DNA of 62,274 bases, counting the filler, from Sphacelaria rigidula (lineage: Eukaryota), in NCBI GenBank assembly GCA_964200075.2. It is 7 parts of 7 records of this genome, joined end to end, with 100 filler letters (N's around TTAATTAATTAA, not from the genome) between each part and the next. Parts side by side here need not be neighbours in the genome. Positions count along the whole stretch, not along the records: positions 8,915 to 17,725 come from CAXNAA020010036.1; positions 17,826 to 26,636 come from CAXNAA020010037.1; 5 more parts are not named here. One strand, written 5' to 3'. A model generated the notes under the pieces. The model worked only from the letters and a program-made list of their open reading frames with translations, made no database searches and was not told the origin of the DNA. Each line of letters starts with the position of its first letter. The first letter of the stretch is position 1. Below are positions 13,440 through 26,114 of the stretch, one piece after another. The position numbers and the translations under genes are program-made.

Positions 13440-15300
13440 TCCTCCACTTTAGCAATGATCTACTGCCTGTGCTCCCGTCATTTCTGTGATGCCATTTCCT
13501 TAAGGATGGCGCCGTCTCCGCTGAATCGCAGGAGAACGAACTCGAGCGCTGCTTCGAAGAAAATGTTGAACAACAGCAGAGACAGCACACACCCTTGCCG
13601 CGGGCTCCTGTTTGACGTCAGACCCCTCCGAGAGCTCCTCGTCGCCCGTGCGTATCCGCGCTTGCATGCCGTCGTGTATTGGTCGATAACTGTGATCATC
13701 TCATCCGGAACATTTGCCCGGGCAAGTATGTTCCACAGAAGCTCTCGATCTACAGAGTCGTAGGCCTTCCGGAGGTTGACAAAATACATGCACAGCGGTA
13801 TTCTCTACCGCCACCCCACCTGGTGGAGTCGGCCCACTGCAAACAGCATGTCGACGATGGATCGAAGCGGTCGGAAATCGCACTTTTCCTACCGTAGAAC
13901 CCCGTAGTCTTTCCAGTGATCGCCGAGGCGGTTGGTTTTCCAAGACCTTCACGTGCACTTTGTCTGCGTCTGGGATCAGTGAGTTCCACATGTAATCGCT
14001 GCGGTTGGATCGGTCCGACTTCTTCTAGAGCGCTTGGATGTTTTCGTCTCTTCACTCCTGCCGGACCTCCCCTCCGTTCCACACGTCGACGAGAATTGCA
14101 TGGAAACGTTCGAGGAGAATGAGTTCGGTGAGAAGCCGTCGATCTTCGGTAAGTCTACAAGGAGACGTGTCCCGGCGTCTTGTAGCTGTACATCCCCCAG
14201 ACTACTCTTCTGGTCTCTCCAGCTTTGGTGCCGACCCAAGTGGTACCGAACTCCAGTCGATGGTGCTGCCGGTCGTTGCTTCACCTCCTCGATGGTCGGT
14301 GGGTTCATCGTGACGTCTCCCGGCGCCTTGGAGCTGCACATCTCCCGGACTACTCTTCTGGTCTCCCCAGCTTTGGTGCCGACCCAAGCCGTACCGAATT
14401 CCAGTCGATAGTGCTGCCGGTCGTTGCTTCCCCTCCTCGATGGTAGGTGGGTTCAGCGTGGGCGATTTGGCATTAAACATGGTTCGAGAACCTGGCCCAT
14501 CGCCGTAGGATATCTCCTTTGCTCCTCTGCACAGCACCTTTCTCGTCCTTAACAAACTGCTGCCCCCCCGACTGCCTCCCGCTAAGGCCCACCGATCTCG
14601 TGAGCTGTTTGTCCATGCCCCTAAGATCGTGATCCTTGTAGATCTCTTCTGGTCTCGCCGCATACTCCCCCAGATGGGCATGGATGTCGTCGTCTATTAT
14701 TCCTGTTCGCATCCATCTACTCGCGGCTCTGCATGATTTCCACACGTTACTGGTATACGGCTGTTCTTCATCAGCCGATGTGTCTCCCGTTGTTCGGCAA
14801 GAGGTGCATCTACTCCTGTTGCTCTCGTATCCGGACTTTCGCACCACTCCGGCACACGTGGTATTTGTGTCTCCTCCTCCTGGAGTACTGCCTGCGCTGC
14901 CTCGAGGACAGCTTTGGTAAATCCCGTCACGGCCGACGGTCCGGTGGTGGTTGCCTGGCATGCACGCTCTCCAACGTTGCATAAGGACTTGTCCATCACG
15001 TACCACCATGATATCGACTTAAAGCTGCTGTCGACTGAATTGCCGCTGCTTTTATGTGGTCTATACGATGAGGCTGTGGGCAAGGCGGCATACGAGGTCG
15101 ACAGTGGCCACCACTATGTATGTTGTGGTCCGAGTTCGCTCTGGCCGGAAGTGTGCGTTGGGGGTGTATAGCTACACTTCAAACTCCCCCTCGGTGTGCT
15201 TGCCACGTGAGTATGTATTCTGTGCCCTTGAAGTCACTCGAGCGTCTTCCCGTGGGTGGAAGAAACGCGGACTTGATTCCCGCCAGCTGTGTTTTGGGTC
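13440..15300 (-). mobile_element. Decayed RTE-clade LINE (endonuclease end to RT), with an internal 148-bp tandem duplication at about 14171-14460
   Basis: RT motifs FVNLRKAYDSVDRELLW and RQGCVLSLLLFNIFF; RIDHI-like endonuclease motif near 15060; many frameshifts. Confidence 0.9.
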
Positions 15301-15302
15301 TT

Positions 15303-15748
15303 GAACACGGGATCTTACAAATTGGGGATGGACCTTTTATTGAGGATGAGAAACCCGGAGGATTAAAATCTTCGTGTCCACACCAAATCTTCGAAATATT
15401 GTTCCATTTCTTCACCTACTGATGGCTATTGACAACTGCTACACGCCATGGAAATTTGGATTTCGATCACCGAAATGTTGGGGTCCAAGGCGAAAAACCA
15501 ATTTTGGGGCATTCCGGGTGTCCAAACGGACGCCAAAATGGTTCCGAAATTGGCTTTTTACCTAGGACCCCAACATTTCAGTGATCGAAATCCAAATTTA
15601 TAGGGCGTGCAGTAGCTGTCAATAACTATCAGTAGGTGAAGAAATGGAATAATATGTCGAAGATTTGGTGTGGATACGAAGATTTGGATTCTCCGGGTTT
15701 CTCATCCCCAATAAAAGATCCATCCCCAATTTGTAAGATCCCGTGTTC
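15303..15748. mobile_element. Foldback MITE with inverted arms of about 205 bp
   Basis: GAACACGGGATCTTACAAATTGGGGATGGA... is mirrored by ...TCCATCCCCAATTTGTAAGATCCCGTGTTC along both arms, around a spacer of about 30 nt. Confidence 0.9.
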
Positions 15749-15906
15749 TTAGTCGAGGTACAGTATCCGATTTCCGTCCTCGTCAAGGTACACTGAGGAT
15801 TTGACCAGCAAAAAATAAGTTTGACTGAGATTGTTTGACGAGAGTCGACGCGGTGCGGGAGTACTGATAATAATGGCCATGATCCCATCCGCGAGACCAA
15901 CATGCA

Positions 15907-16117
15907 TGTAACGCATGAGAGGACCGCGTGCATAGGGGACCGCATGGTAGTTCGGAACACCTCAGGATCGACGTTTTTCAGAACCAATCGGGCCAGTCCC
16001 GGCAGGGACCACGCCCCTGACCTCAACTCCAACACTAACCTTAACCCTAACCCAAACCGTAGGGATGTTCAAATTCCGATGCTGCCCTCTAAGTACGCGG
16101 TCCTCTCACGCATTACA
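15907..16117. mobile_element. Ginger-like MITE (TGT...ACA) with internal telomere-like repeats, nested in a SINE
   Basis: TIR TGTAAYGCRTGAGAGGACCGCGT; 5-bp TSD ATGCA; internal CTAACCTTAACCCTAACCC; SINE homology resumes on both sides. Confidence 0.85.
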
Positions 16118-16477
16118 ATGCAAACCGTGTACTCCGGGAGAGATAGTTGAGTAGATTCCCTTATGACCAGGGACTAGTCCCAAGGTGGAAGTGATGGGGT
16201 GGATAGTGTGGCGAGAAACCGGTGAATAGGAGGGGGGCGGGGACACAAAATATCAGCCCCTTCTGACGGGTGTTTTAACTTTGATTGCCTCTACAAACTT
16301 CCTGTATTTAACATTATTAGGGCTACGGTTCAGTCCATTAAAACATATGTCTTCCACGTTTTCTACCTCAAAAAGATACAGTTATGGTACAGAATAGCAG
16401 GGCAGGTAAGACACTCTACAAGCACTGCCTTTGCTGGGAATTCTTCTTCAGGCACACCAATTAGGAATATGGATATG

Positions 16478-17470
16478 TCAATGAAGGCAAGCAACCTCGA
16501 TGCAGAGCACCGTATGACTGTACGTCTCAAGAGGAGCCTTTGTCGCACCTTCCGACTAGCATAAATGGGAACCATTGCTAGTCCCGTGGAAACGGATCGA
16601 ACACGGTTCGGACATATCTTTGTTATGCGAATACGCTTAGGCGCGAGCGCGGAGGCTTACGTGGTACAATACACAGGTGCATGACTAACAAAGGAGAATA
16701 TTTCATTGACAGCAGCTAGTCGCTACAATACGGAATGAAGAAACCCAAGCTCGTCGAAGGGCACTGCACCACTGTACGTATCAGGAGGAGCCTCGGTCAC
16801 GCTTTTTTAGTACCTTAAACAATAAGACCGGCTAGTCCCGTGGATACGGATCGGACACGGTTTGAAAATGTTCTTCTTCAGGTACACCAAAGCGCGGAGC
16901 ACACGTCCATGACCGAGAAGACAGGAGAAGGCTTGATAGATGTTGGTGGGCCATGAACGATGTTGTTAGTGTCTAAAACAACACTAAGCGAATGTAGCGC
17001 TACTATTTGTGACGCACCGCGCCTTTTGGGGACCTCTTTCGCAGACCTCCGGCGTTGGAGCGAAGGGGTCAAACGATTATCCCTCATTTTCTTCTCTTCT
17101 GCGATACCATCACTGTTATATCTATGGTGTCGTTGATATCCACCTGCATCGGAGTACACATGCCATGCATCATACATTTTGGAACCGTGGCAGGTACACA
17201 TGTTGCGGTATATGGAAATGACACAAGATGCGGTAACAGCAGTAGTAGCAAGTTGCTACTTCTAAATGAAGGGAACCAAGCTCGATGCAGAGCACTGTAC
17301 GACTGTATGCCTTACTTAGGAGGAGTATCAGCCACGCCTTGTGAATGCTTTGAATCGGAGGACGGGGTAGTCCCGTGGATACGGCTTGAACACGGTTGGT
17401 ATAAAGATTTTCTTAGTGAGGTACACAGAAGCGCGTGGCTTCACGTACGTACTACACACGTCCACGACTA
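16478..17470. repeat. Three diverged direct repeats (about 150-200 bp) at about 16480, 16735 and 17265
   Basis: Shared AATGAAG...CTCG...GAGCAC...ACTGTA...GAGGAG...TAGTCCCGTGGA(A/T)ACGG...ACACGGTT. Confidence 0.75.
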
Positions 17471-18229
17471 AGAAGAGAGGACAATAAGACTTGATGATTG
17501 ATGTTGGTGGGTGGTGGACAATGGTGAAGAATGATGCTACGGTAGGGGTGCACAAATATGTTTTGGCGTTAGAGCTGGTGGGAACTCTTCATCTCATTCA
17601 GAACACGACTTATGAAATATTTGAGAGTACGCCAAGGGTCTATCGAGCGAAAAAAATCGGACACGTAGGGCCGCCCACCACCACACCCCCCTCCCCCCGC
17701 CCACCCACCCAACCGCCCCCCGCCCNNNNNNNNNNNNNNNNNNNNNNNNNNNNNNNNNNNNNNNNNNNNTTAATTAATTAANNNNNNNNNNNNNNNNNNN
17801 NNNNNNNNNNNNNNNNNNNNNNNNNATCCTTTACTTCATCTCTAGTAAACTTTCTCTGCAGGGGGGGGGGGGGGCAGTTCAAAAGTATTTAGCTGAAGAA
17901 AGAAAAACGCGAACTGGCCTTGGGTGAACCGCAGCGAACGCATAAAGAGCAGCTGGTTCGGTTAAACAAGGTAAATTAGTCACATGCTCGGGACCACGAG
18001 AATTATACACGTTGTGTTGTCAGAGGGGGTGGTGCTCGTGAACGGAGATGAGCTACTCAGCTGTGGTGCTAAATTTCCGGGCGTTAAAATTTGACGGCGT
18101 TACATGTTAGCCGATTTTGTTCCGGGAAGAGGTATGGCGCCGAACGAGTTAGGCGTTCGAGTGCCCGGACCCCTCGTCCGACGATAAACGGACAGACTTC
18201 TTCGGGTGTTCGGAACACTCCTTGTTGTC

Positions 18230-18260
<31 letters not shown>

Positions 18261-19179
18261 TTGTTGTTGTTGTTGTTTTTCTTGTTGGTCGGGACGATGA
18301 CTGCAGAAGACGAGGCCGATGCCACACATGCACCACGCGTCATGGTTCGTACATAAGCTACGGCCGCGAGCATGTAGCCGTCCCATCACAGCAAAACGGG
18401 AGCGCGAGCTGTACATGTGGCCACCATGCATGTGCGAAGATGGCAGCCCGCAGAGCAACACGAAAAAATACGTTCACCATCTTCCCTCTACCATGGCACA
18501 AGGCTGCTGTGCGCCCATTGACCTGAAAACAACTTCTTCTATTCCGAAATCCCTGCCAAGCGCCCATGTCCTTTTTGCGGCCATCTACCCCTACAAAGAC
18601 CGGAGCACAAATCATGGGTGATGAAAAGAGTTCCAGAAACCTCCCTCTTTTCAAATATTTTTGGTTATTAGCACTCGGATACGGGAGGAAATATTGTCGC
18701 ATTTGATGCGTAGTGTAATCAGGTGAAGCGTCCTCATCAGCGGACACTCGTGGTGGTTTACTCCTTCACTAGCGTAGCATTCACATCACTCCCCTCTCCC
18801 CCACGCCTTCTTTGATCCGTCTCGAAAGGGATGAGTGGGCAACGGTCAGACGACTAAGGCGAGCAAGAAATGAATACGACCCCCCCCCCTCTTTCATTTT
18901 CTTCGTGCAGTTTTATGGTGAGAAACGAGGTTTGCAGATTGGTAAACCTTCCCGCTGACTGGTCGTGAAAGTATCCTTTCAATTTCCCCCACACACATGG
19001 TCTCCGATGAGGTTGGCGTTGGTTGGCGATGACGCTGTAAAACACGCCACTCAATGCGTAAGCTAGGCAACCAGGTTACCGGTTTTTTTGCGCGCTTGCG
19101 TTTTTTTTGCGGTGACCATGATGGTGGTCGAGCTAGATCACGTTGTGCGACGTGGGAGAACCTCAACTTCGCACGATGG

Positions 19180-19515
19180 GGATGATCGTACTACGTAGTG
19201 CTTAAATGGTGAGACACCCATGAGGCAGTGTAAAAGACGTGGCTGTCTCTGGAAGTGGAGACACCAGAAAATAAAGCGACTCATTATAGGCTGGCATCCA
19301 AATGCAAAATGATCAGTAGGCCTCGGGCTGAACAATCTTAGCAGGATGCAGCTCACCCTTCACGCGACTCGCCGAACACACCACGACGCTTCGCGCTTGG
19401 TGACCGAGTGCAAGCCTGGTCCGGCGAGAACCCGGCGTGCTCCGTCTCGGCTTTGTAGGGATGCGAGGTCAATGGTCTCATGACTATGGCATGCATGATC
19501 ATGAGTAGTACACCC
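19180..19515 (+). mobile_element. Retroposon family B 3' end (others at 22450-22781, 25599-25690, 27170-27290, and minus strand 9263-9326)
   Basis: About 330-bp homology between 19180-19515 and 22450-22781; shared end GGCTTTGTAGGGATGCGAGGTCAATGGTCTCATGACTATGGCATGCATGATCATGAGTACG(C)n, related to the family A end. Confidence 0.75.
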
Positions 19516-19862
19516 ACACATATCTCGTGCGTGCATTGGATGGCCCAACTCAACGGCCACCGCACAAGAGTTGATGATGACTTTGTGAACTCTGCGCGCT
19601 CGTTCCCCTCCCCCCCTTTTCCCTGTTCGACTAATTTTGGCGGGTTTTGTTTTCGCGTCACGTCGTTCACCCCGGAATCCGAACCGGAAACGTCGGGGTC
19701 ATTGAGCAAGTGGAGTCGTCTCCTTGGTGTTGCCAACGTGAAACGTTGATGAGTCTTCAATAGGGCCTTGTTGAAGAAAATCTTCACCAAATGAAGAGCG
19801 TTGATACCCTTTTCTTTTTCCCACTTCTGTATCTGTTCCATTTCTGCTCTTGTTTCGTGCAG

Positions 19863-20018
19863 GCTCTAGGCGGATGGTTTGCCAGGCGCGACTGCCCCAT
19901 ATGGGCAGACAGCAGCACCACGAGGGATTGCGAGGCTTTGGAGAGAGCTCTAGGCGGGCCGGCAGCGGTAGCAGAAGCAACGGGCTCAGCGGCGTATTGC
20001 CGGTTCAGCGGTAATCAG
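19863..20018 (+). CDS. XYLB: Xylulose kinase (FGGY family), internal exon A
   Basis: Polypyrimidine tract and GTGCAG acceptor, CAG|GTATGC donor. Encodes ALGGWFARRDCPIWADSSTTRDCEALERALGGPAAVAEATGSAAYCRFSGNQ, matching the eukaryotic xylulokinase segment CPVWMDSSTT...LE..VGG...TGS.AY.RFTGNQ. Confidence 0.93.
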
Positions 20019-20556
20019 GTATGCCTTGTTTTCGTCGTCTTTGTTGTGCTTGGAAATCCTCCACTTGAGCACAAGAGATGTAGTGAGTGACCGTCATCGG
20101 AAGGTACATCAGAGTACAGTACGCAGTAGTGCAGTACAGTGCATACAGGGCGCAGCGGTGGGTCGGAGCAACGCGTGCCCAGAACCAACCATGGGGAAAG
20201 GTTTGTTTTCTTCTGTAGCAACAGATACCTGAAAAAGAATCTCGCTAGTTTTCGAGAGGACTTCTTGCATGTACCTCCAGAATGCGGGGACACAAACAGC
20301 TTTTTTTTTTTTTTTCGCACCTCAGTTTCACGCACCTGCTACCACTCGAGCCAAAACGGGCGTGGCACGTTCACTGATCATCACCTGGACGCGGCTGGCA
20401 ACATGTGAGCCAACCGCCTCCTGGACATCAGTCGTGTGGGGGCGGCTCGTCGACTGCTCGATCTCGATCGGATGGTCTTCCGATTACAGTGGAATTTGTT
20501 CCCAATCAGCTCCGAAATAGCATGGTTGAAATGTGCTTGGTTTTGCTTCAGACTAT

Positions 20557-21093
20557 TCTCATCTGGATCTTCAGAGGGTTGACAATTTCAAGCACTCACC
20601 GAGCGTGCGCAGCACGCTTTTTGGCTATGCCAGCGCACACTTTGCCGAGGGCATCTTCTGCGTTAACCTTGCCCGAAGTGTGAATGCCCGTGGTGCTTTG
20701 CCTGCAGGGCGGTGCGCCGTGCCAACTGCCAACATTCATTGGTTCTGCGTGTATCCCACATGTTACGATAACTAGTTTTCAAAGCTTTGCCTCCAAACCG
20801 CCGCCTCCATTCTCTCATTTGGATCCTCAGAGGGTTGACAATCTCAAGCACTCGCCTAGCATGCGCAGCACGCTTTTTGGCTATGCCAGCGCTCACTTTG
20901 CCAAGGGCACTTTCTGCGTCAACCCTGCCCCAAGTGTGAATGCCCGTGGTGCTTTGCCTGCAGGGCGGTGCGCCCCGCCAACTGCCAACAGTCACTGGCT
21001 CTACGTGTATCCCAGATGTTTTTAGCGTAGCCGTTCACTATCGCTACGATAAACAGTTTTCAGAGCTTTGCCTCCGAACCGCCGCCTCTATTC
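20557..21093. repeat. Tandem duplication, period about 256 bp, in an XYLB intron
   Basis: Two closely similar units starting TCTCAT(C/T)TGGATC(T/C)TCAGAGGGTTGACAAT. Confidence 0.9.
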
Positions 21094-23807
21094 TGTCTAT
21101 TGTCTACCGCTGTGTACTGTCTGTCGTGGATGTATCCGTGTCCTTGCACGCAGTGTACTGTGCAACAGTGTTGTGTGCGGCCGTACAAACTAAACTGCTG
21201 CTCTTGCAGGCATACCTGCTGTGCACAGCTATGTGCTGCCGCCGCGTGTAATGTTTGTGTGTGCTTTGCACAGCCATGCTGGTTGTGCTGTGCTGTTATT
21301 CGTACTGTGCTACACACTGTAGAGCTACTCGTAGTGGGCTTGATGGGAGGCGTTTTGGAGGAACGTTGTTTCAGCCGCAGACTGACCCCTCCCGAAAGCA
21401 GCTTTCCGAACAAGATGGATAGCAAACACTACCGTTTTCGAATAAATTTCTGTCCCAGGGCCTATAAATGTAAAGGGCCTCGACAGAAGTGACTTCAGAA
21501 CTAGTCATGAGAAAATATTTCTGAACCGGAAGAAAAAAAAACTTGGCTGGATTTTTAAGGCGGCTTCAATCCATTTTCTCCAAAACATATCATGGGTTGA
21601 AGAGACACACTCGGCTGCTCCACGGTTACGTCGTACTCTACTGGCGTAGTCGTGGCTACCTCGTTATTGAAATACTGAACGACATTCAAGGATGCTACAA
21701 GCGGGTGAACGCCTGACTCATGCAGTGTTTATTTATTGCATGCTTGATCTTCTTGCCATGACTGCGTCGCCCGGTCGCTTGAATCGTATAGATCTTCAAT
21801 GGACACACACAGAAAAGGTGACGATATCATTCGATCACTGTTTAGGGCCGTAGAGACACGCTAACAAGTAGGTGAACCTATGAGTACCGGCACTCCGCTA
21901 ATTTCTTGAGATTCTGACTCCCACCCAAGTGTACAATCACCCCATGGTTGTTTTCATCTAAAGACTTGCAATACATCAAAACAGCCGTCTTTCGTACCTG
22001 CACCGCCAACCAAGTTTCCTGGCGTAAAGCCATCCTCGCCCAGTGCCATGCTTGGTTGGTGCTGTGGCCGAACCTCCTGGGAGGCGCAAGAACATGCACT
22101 TGCATCCAACGATTGAATGTTTGTCACGATCGAGACGCCCCAGCTCCCTAATGCGTAATCAGATAGTCGAAACTCTTCAACGCTCAGATCCCCATATGGA
22201 GAGAGATGATTTCGACTTTCTCTTTGATGGAACGGTAGTCCTTGTCGCCACAAGAGGAACGGATCTCGCTACCCCTTTGGAGGGGAAGATCCCTCTAAAA
22301 GCCTGTCGATTTTCGCATTGTTCAGACATTACCTGCATGTCATGGCCTTCACGAGGAAGGTGAGCTCTTCGATCCTCTCAGCTGCTCCTACGAGAACCTT
22401 TCTGACCTGCATCCGCTCGAGCGACGAGCTTTCCTCCCCTCGGACTGTGATGATCGTACTGAGTAAGTGTTGAAATCGTGAGGCACCCATGTAGTGTATA
22501 AGCCGTGGCTGTCGCTGGAAGTGGAGATACCATTACATGAAGCCACTCATTGTAGGCTGTCATCCCAGTGTGAAATAATCAGTACCCTTCGGGTCGAACA
22601 ATCTTAGCAGGATGCTGCTCACCCTTCATGCGACTCGAATAGCAAGCCACGGCACTTCGCGCTCGGTGATTGATTGCGAGTCTGGTCCGGCGGAAACCTG
22701 GCGTGCTCCGTCCTAGCTTTGTAGGAATGCGAGGTCAGTGGTCATATGACTGTGGCATGCAAGATCACGAGTACGCCCCCCGCTCGGACTCTGCTTCGAA
22801 GGTCCCGAATCGCGAGGGTGAAAATGAGCCTGCTCTTGCAGCTTCACCTTTCCGCCCTGGCGATGGTTCATCTCCTGGTTACTTACACACGCTAGACAAT
22901 AGGTTATATCAAAACGTGCACTGCGTACCGTGTCGATTATTGCGCCTATTGCAATAGATGATGGATTCCATTTTATACGCAGCAGACTTTTTGACTACGT
23001 GATGTACAGTCCTGGGTGCGGTTACTTCTGCCCTCTGTCGTGGCTTTAATCCATGAGTTTTCACTACGTCACACCCAAGAGCTTTATAGATCCCGTAGGG
23101 CATCAAAGCTAGCCTCGCTGTAGACGGTTCTTTTGGAGGGGGGGTGCTCATCGTTTGAAGTCTCGTCCATCTTTCACCCGTACAACATCGGGAAGTAGCC
23201 CGTAAGCGGTGCGGACGGCCATTGTCAAGGTCGAAGACATTTTAAGAGCGAGAAGGGAATCGAGGTTCGGCTGGCTCATGAAATCTTGATTTTCACACAC
23301 GAGGTCTGACACGAAAGGGGCAGGTACAATGGCCTCATCGACGAAAAAGCGCTTCACGACGAGCAAGAGGTGGGATACGCCCCTATACGCCCCTGGGATA
23401 CGCAGATACGCCCCTCAGGTAATGGAGGTACAGATGCAAGATAGAGTTGTCCTCAAACAGGCTGATGGCCTGTAGTGAAGCACCTCGGTGACAGATGACT
23501 AGGCGTTAGCACGAACGATCTTCATCGAACATGGACGGGTTTCTCCCGAGGGAGTGACGATCCAAGCAGTACCTATGCACAGCCAAGGGAAACCTCCTTC
23601 TCTACGCCCGAGAGGAGCACGTAATCATCGCATTTGCACGAGAAGCAGTACCCTTCGTTTGTGCAGTTCTCTCTGCTCTTCACGACAAGCTTGAGGACTC
23701 CGGCAACTTCGAGGGCGTCATGGTAAACAGCGCTGTACTTGGGATATAAGCGTTGCTGCTGCGGCCTTAGGGCGGAGGTGGCTTCGCTTGCCGTGTAGCA
23801 TCTTCAC

Positions 23808-24390
23808 GAACAAAGGGTACAGGCGGCTATCGGCGAGTTTCCTTGTTGTCATACTTGGATACAGCAGCACCTACCGTTGATTGTTGCTCCCTAACATAAT
23901 CGAGATTCAAATGAGCATGCGCGCTGCACTTTTAGCCTTCGTGTCCACAGGGCTCTCGCGAGCACTGAATTATTGCGCATTCTGAAGTATGACACTCTGG
24001 AGTATGGCACTTGAGCATAACGTTGTTCAGACTCGGCGGAACTCTTTCTATCTCGCTCGCTACGTCGTTGAATGAACGCCGCGGCAAGACATGATCTGAC
24101 AGAACAAAGGGTACAGGCGGCCATCGGCGAGTTTCCTTGTTGTCATACTTGGATACAGCAGCATCTACCGTTGATTGTTGCTCCCTAACATAATCAAGAT
24201 TCAAATGAGCATGCGCGCTGCACTTTTAGCCTTCGTGTCCACAGGGCTCTCGCGAGCAATTATTGCACATACTGAAGTATGACACACTCTGGAGTATGGC
24301 ACTTGAGCATAACGTTGTTCGGACTCGGCGGAACTCTTTCTATCTCGCTCGCTACGTCGTTGAATGAACGCCGCGACAAGATATGATTTC
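23808..24390. repeat. Tandem duplication, period 294 bp, within decayed coding-like sequence (about 23040-24800, minus strand)
   Basis: Units start GAACAAAGGGTACAGGCGG at 23808 and 24102 and are nearly identical. Confidence 0.9.
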
Positions 24391-24883
24391 AACGTCGAAT
24401 GTTACTCATACTGCTACTATTGTAAAAAAACCCGCAAAGGGCACTTTATAGTAAACCTAGGCGCTCTGGGATCAAGAGCCTGTACAGGGTGCATCACCGC
24501 ACGAAGCACTCAATTTCTGGCCATGTGATGTGCGAACATAAAAGCGGCGTACCTCATGGTGCCAACAAAAGCCCAAGGTACACCTGTCCTCGTCGTTTTT
24601 TCTGACACAGGTATACCTAAACTTTGGCGGTTCACTGAACCTGGTTGAAATTGTATCTGTTTGTGGCGGCCTCCTAGAGCCAAGATGCCCGAAGTTTCGC
24701 TCTTACCGTGGAGGCAGGACAACGGTGATGCACCCGGCATCTCGTTTTTTCCTAAACCCGTCCACATGAATCTGAGGTTGCCGTCTACTCAAAAAGATAG
24801 CGATGATGGAGAAACACACACACATATATATAGATTGAATGACATGTATTGTTCCGTTTCATTCGCAAAATGTTTGTGTTCAG

Positions 24884-25032
24884 ATCGCACGTATAGCTCG
24901 ACGGGAGCCAGAGACCTTCGCCCTTTGCGAGCGCGTGTCCCTCGTGAGTTCGTTCGTAACCTCCATCTTGGCCGGCCGCTACTGCCCCATAGACGCGAGC
25001 GATGCCTCTGGAATGAACCTCATGGATATCAG
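24884..25032 (+). CDS. XYLB: Xylulose kinase, internal exon B
   Basis: TTCAG acceptor, AG|GTCGGT donor; phase 0 join with exon A. Encodes IARIARREPETFALCERVSLVSSFVTSILAGRYCPIDASDASGMNLMDI, matching XYLB ERISLVSSF..S...G.Y.PID.SD.SGMNL. Confidence 0.95.
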
Positions 25033-25100
25033 GTCGGTCCGATACGGTCAGTCTTCACGTCTTGTTTTGCTCTTGTCATACTGCCACCCCCCGCCCCCCC

Positions 25101-25599
25101 CGGGATGAAAACATATCGGCATGGCCCAATGGATGCGGGCGAAAATTATGAAACTGCGATTCCGGGTGGGGGACCTGGAATATACCAGTAGTCGTGTGGA
25201 GGAGGAAGTAGATGTACAGAACTGCCCCTGTGGGAAAGCAATAGAGCGCAGAAGTCATATAGTGGTAAAATGTGAACTATACAAGGAGGAACAGGACGTG
25301 CTAGAGGGAGAAATGCGGGACGGTAACGAAGGTGGCATAAAATCGCTTGGTGCATTAGACAGTAGGGAGAAAACGATGGCTACACTAGGAGATGGGTGGT
25401 GGCCAGAGACGGCGAAACAGGACGTGGATAAGATACATAAAAGGCTTTTGTGTGATATATGGAAGAAACGTGATGAGGGCCGGAATGTTAGAGGTGTCTC
25501 TATCAGGAGTAGGAATGATGCTACGTCTCGAAAGGGATGCGTGGTCAATGGTGAACGACTGAGGCAAGCAACAAATGAGTACGCCGCCCCCCCTCCCCC
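25101..25599 (+). mobile_element. 5'-truncated LINE 3' end with CCHC finger (family A), inside an XYLB intron
   Basis: KLRFRVG..CPCGKAIERRSHIVVKCELY is the C-terminal zinc knuckle of APE-type LINEs; ends ..GGGATGCGTGGTCAATGG..ATGAGTACGCC followed by oligo-C; oligo-C also on the 5' flank. Confidence 0.8.
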
Positions 25600-25747
25600 G
25601 GCTTTGTAGGGATGCGATGTCAATGGTCATATGACTATGACCTGCAAGATCATCAGTACCTCCCCCCCACCCCCTCCCCCCCTTCCCCCCTCTTCCTTGG
25701 AACCACTCCGTTGCCTTCACGGATCAATCCATGATCTCTTCTGTATT

Positions 25748-25833
25748 GTGCTGTGCTGTGCTGTGCTGTGCTGTGCTGTGCTGTGCTGTGCTGTGCTGTG
25801 CTGTGCTGTGCTGTGCTGTGCTGTGCTGTGCTG
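25748..25833. repeat. (CTGTG)n microsatellite; also (TTG)n about 18222-18285, (GT)n about 36723-36790 and 51722-51760, (CT)n about 39213-39249
   Basis: Direct inspection. Confidence 0.95.
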
Positions 25834-26114
25834 TACTGTACTTGAATTCTGTTATTAAGCATTCGATCAATACTCCCGTTGCAGCCCGTTGCCTTTCATC
25901 GCCCACACGAGTTTGTCGGCCGACAGCAACCACCAAAACCTCGAGGTAGACCACTCTTTAGGTTTTAAACTGATGAATCCGCACAAATTATTGTCGAGGA
26001 ATTTTGACTGGACAACCGGGGCGCGGCGGAAACATGTTACAGTAGGCACACCAGGAAAGGCCAACTTCCCCCTATCCTCCTCATTGTTCATTGTGTCGGC
26101 CGAAAAATGAACAG

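Noticed and set aside
18084..18526. Poly-Q/T/N/C/V ORFs, and similar ORFs at 25631-25954 and 36489-36879
   Set aside because: Translations of microsatellites.
21880..22380. CRE-type restriction-like endonuclease remnant on the minus strand
   Set aside because: Resemblance is weak, needs several frameshifts, and conflicts with the orientation of the adjacent family B end.
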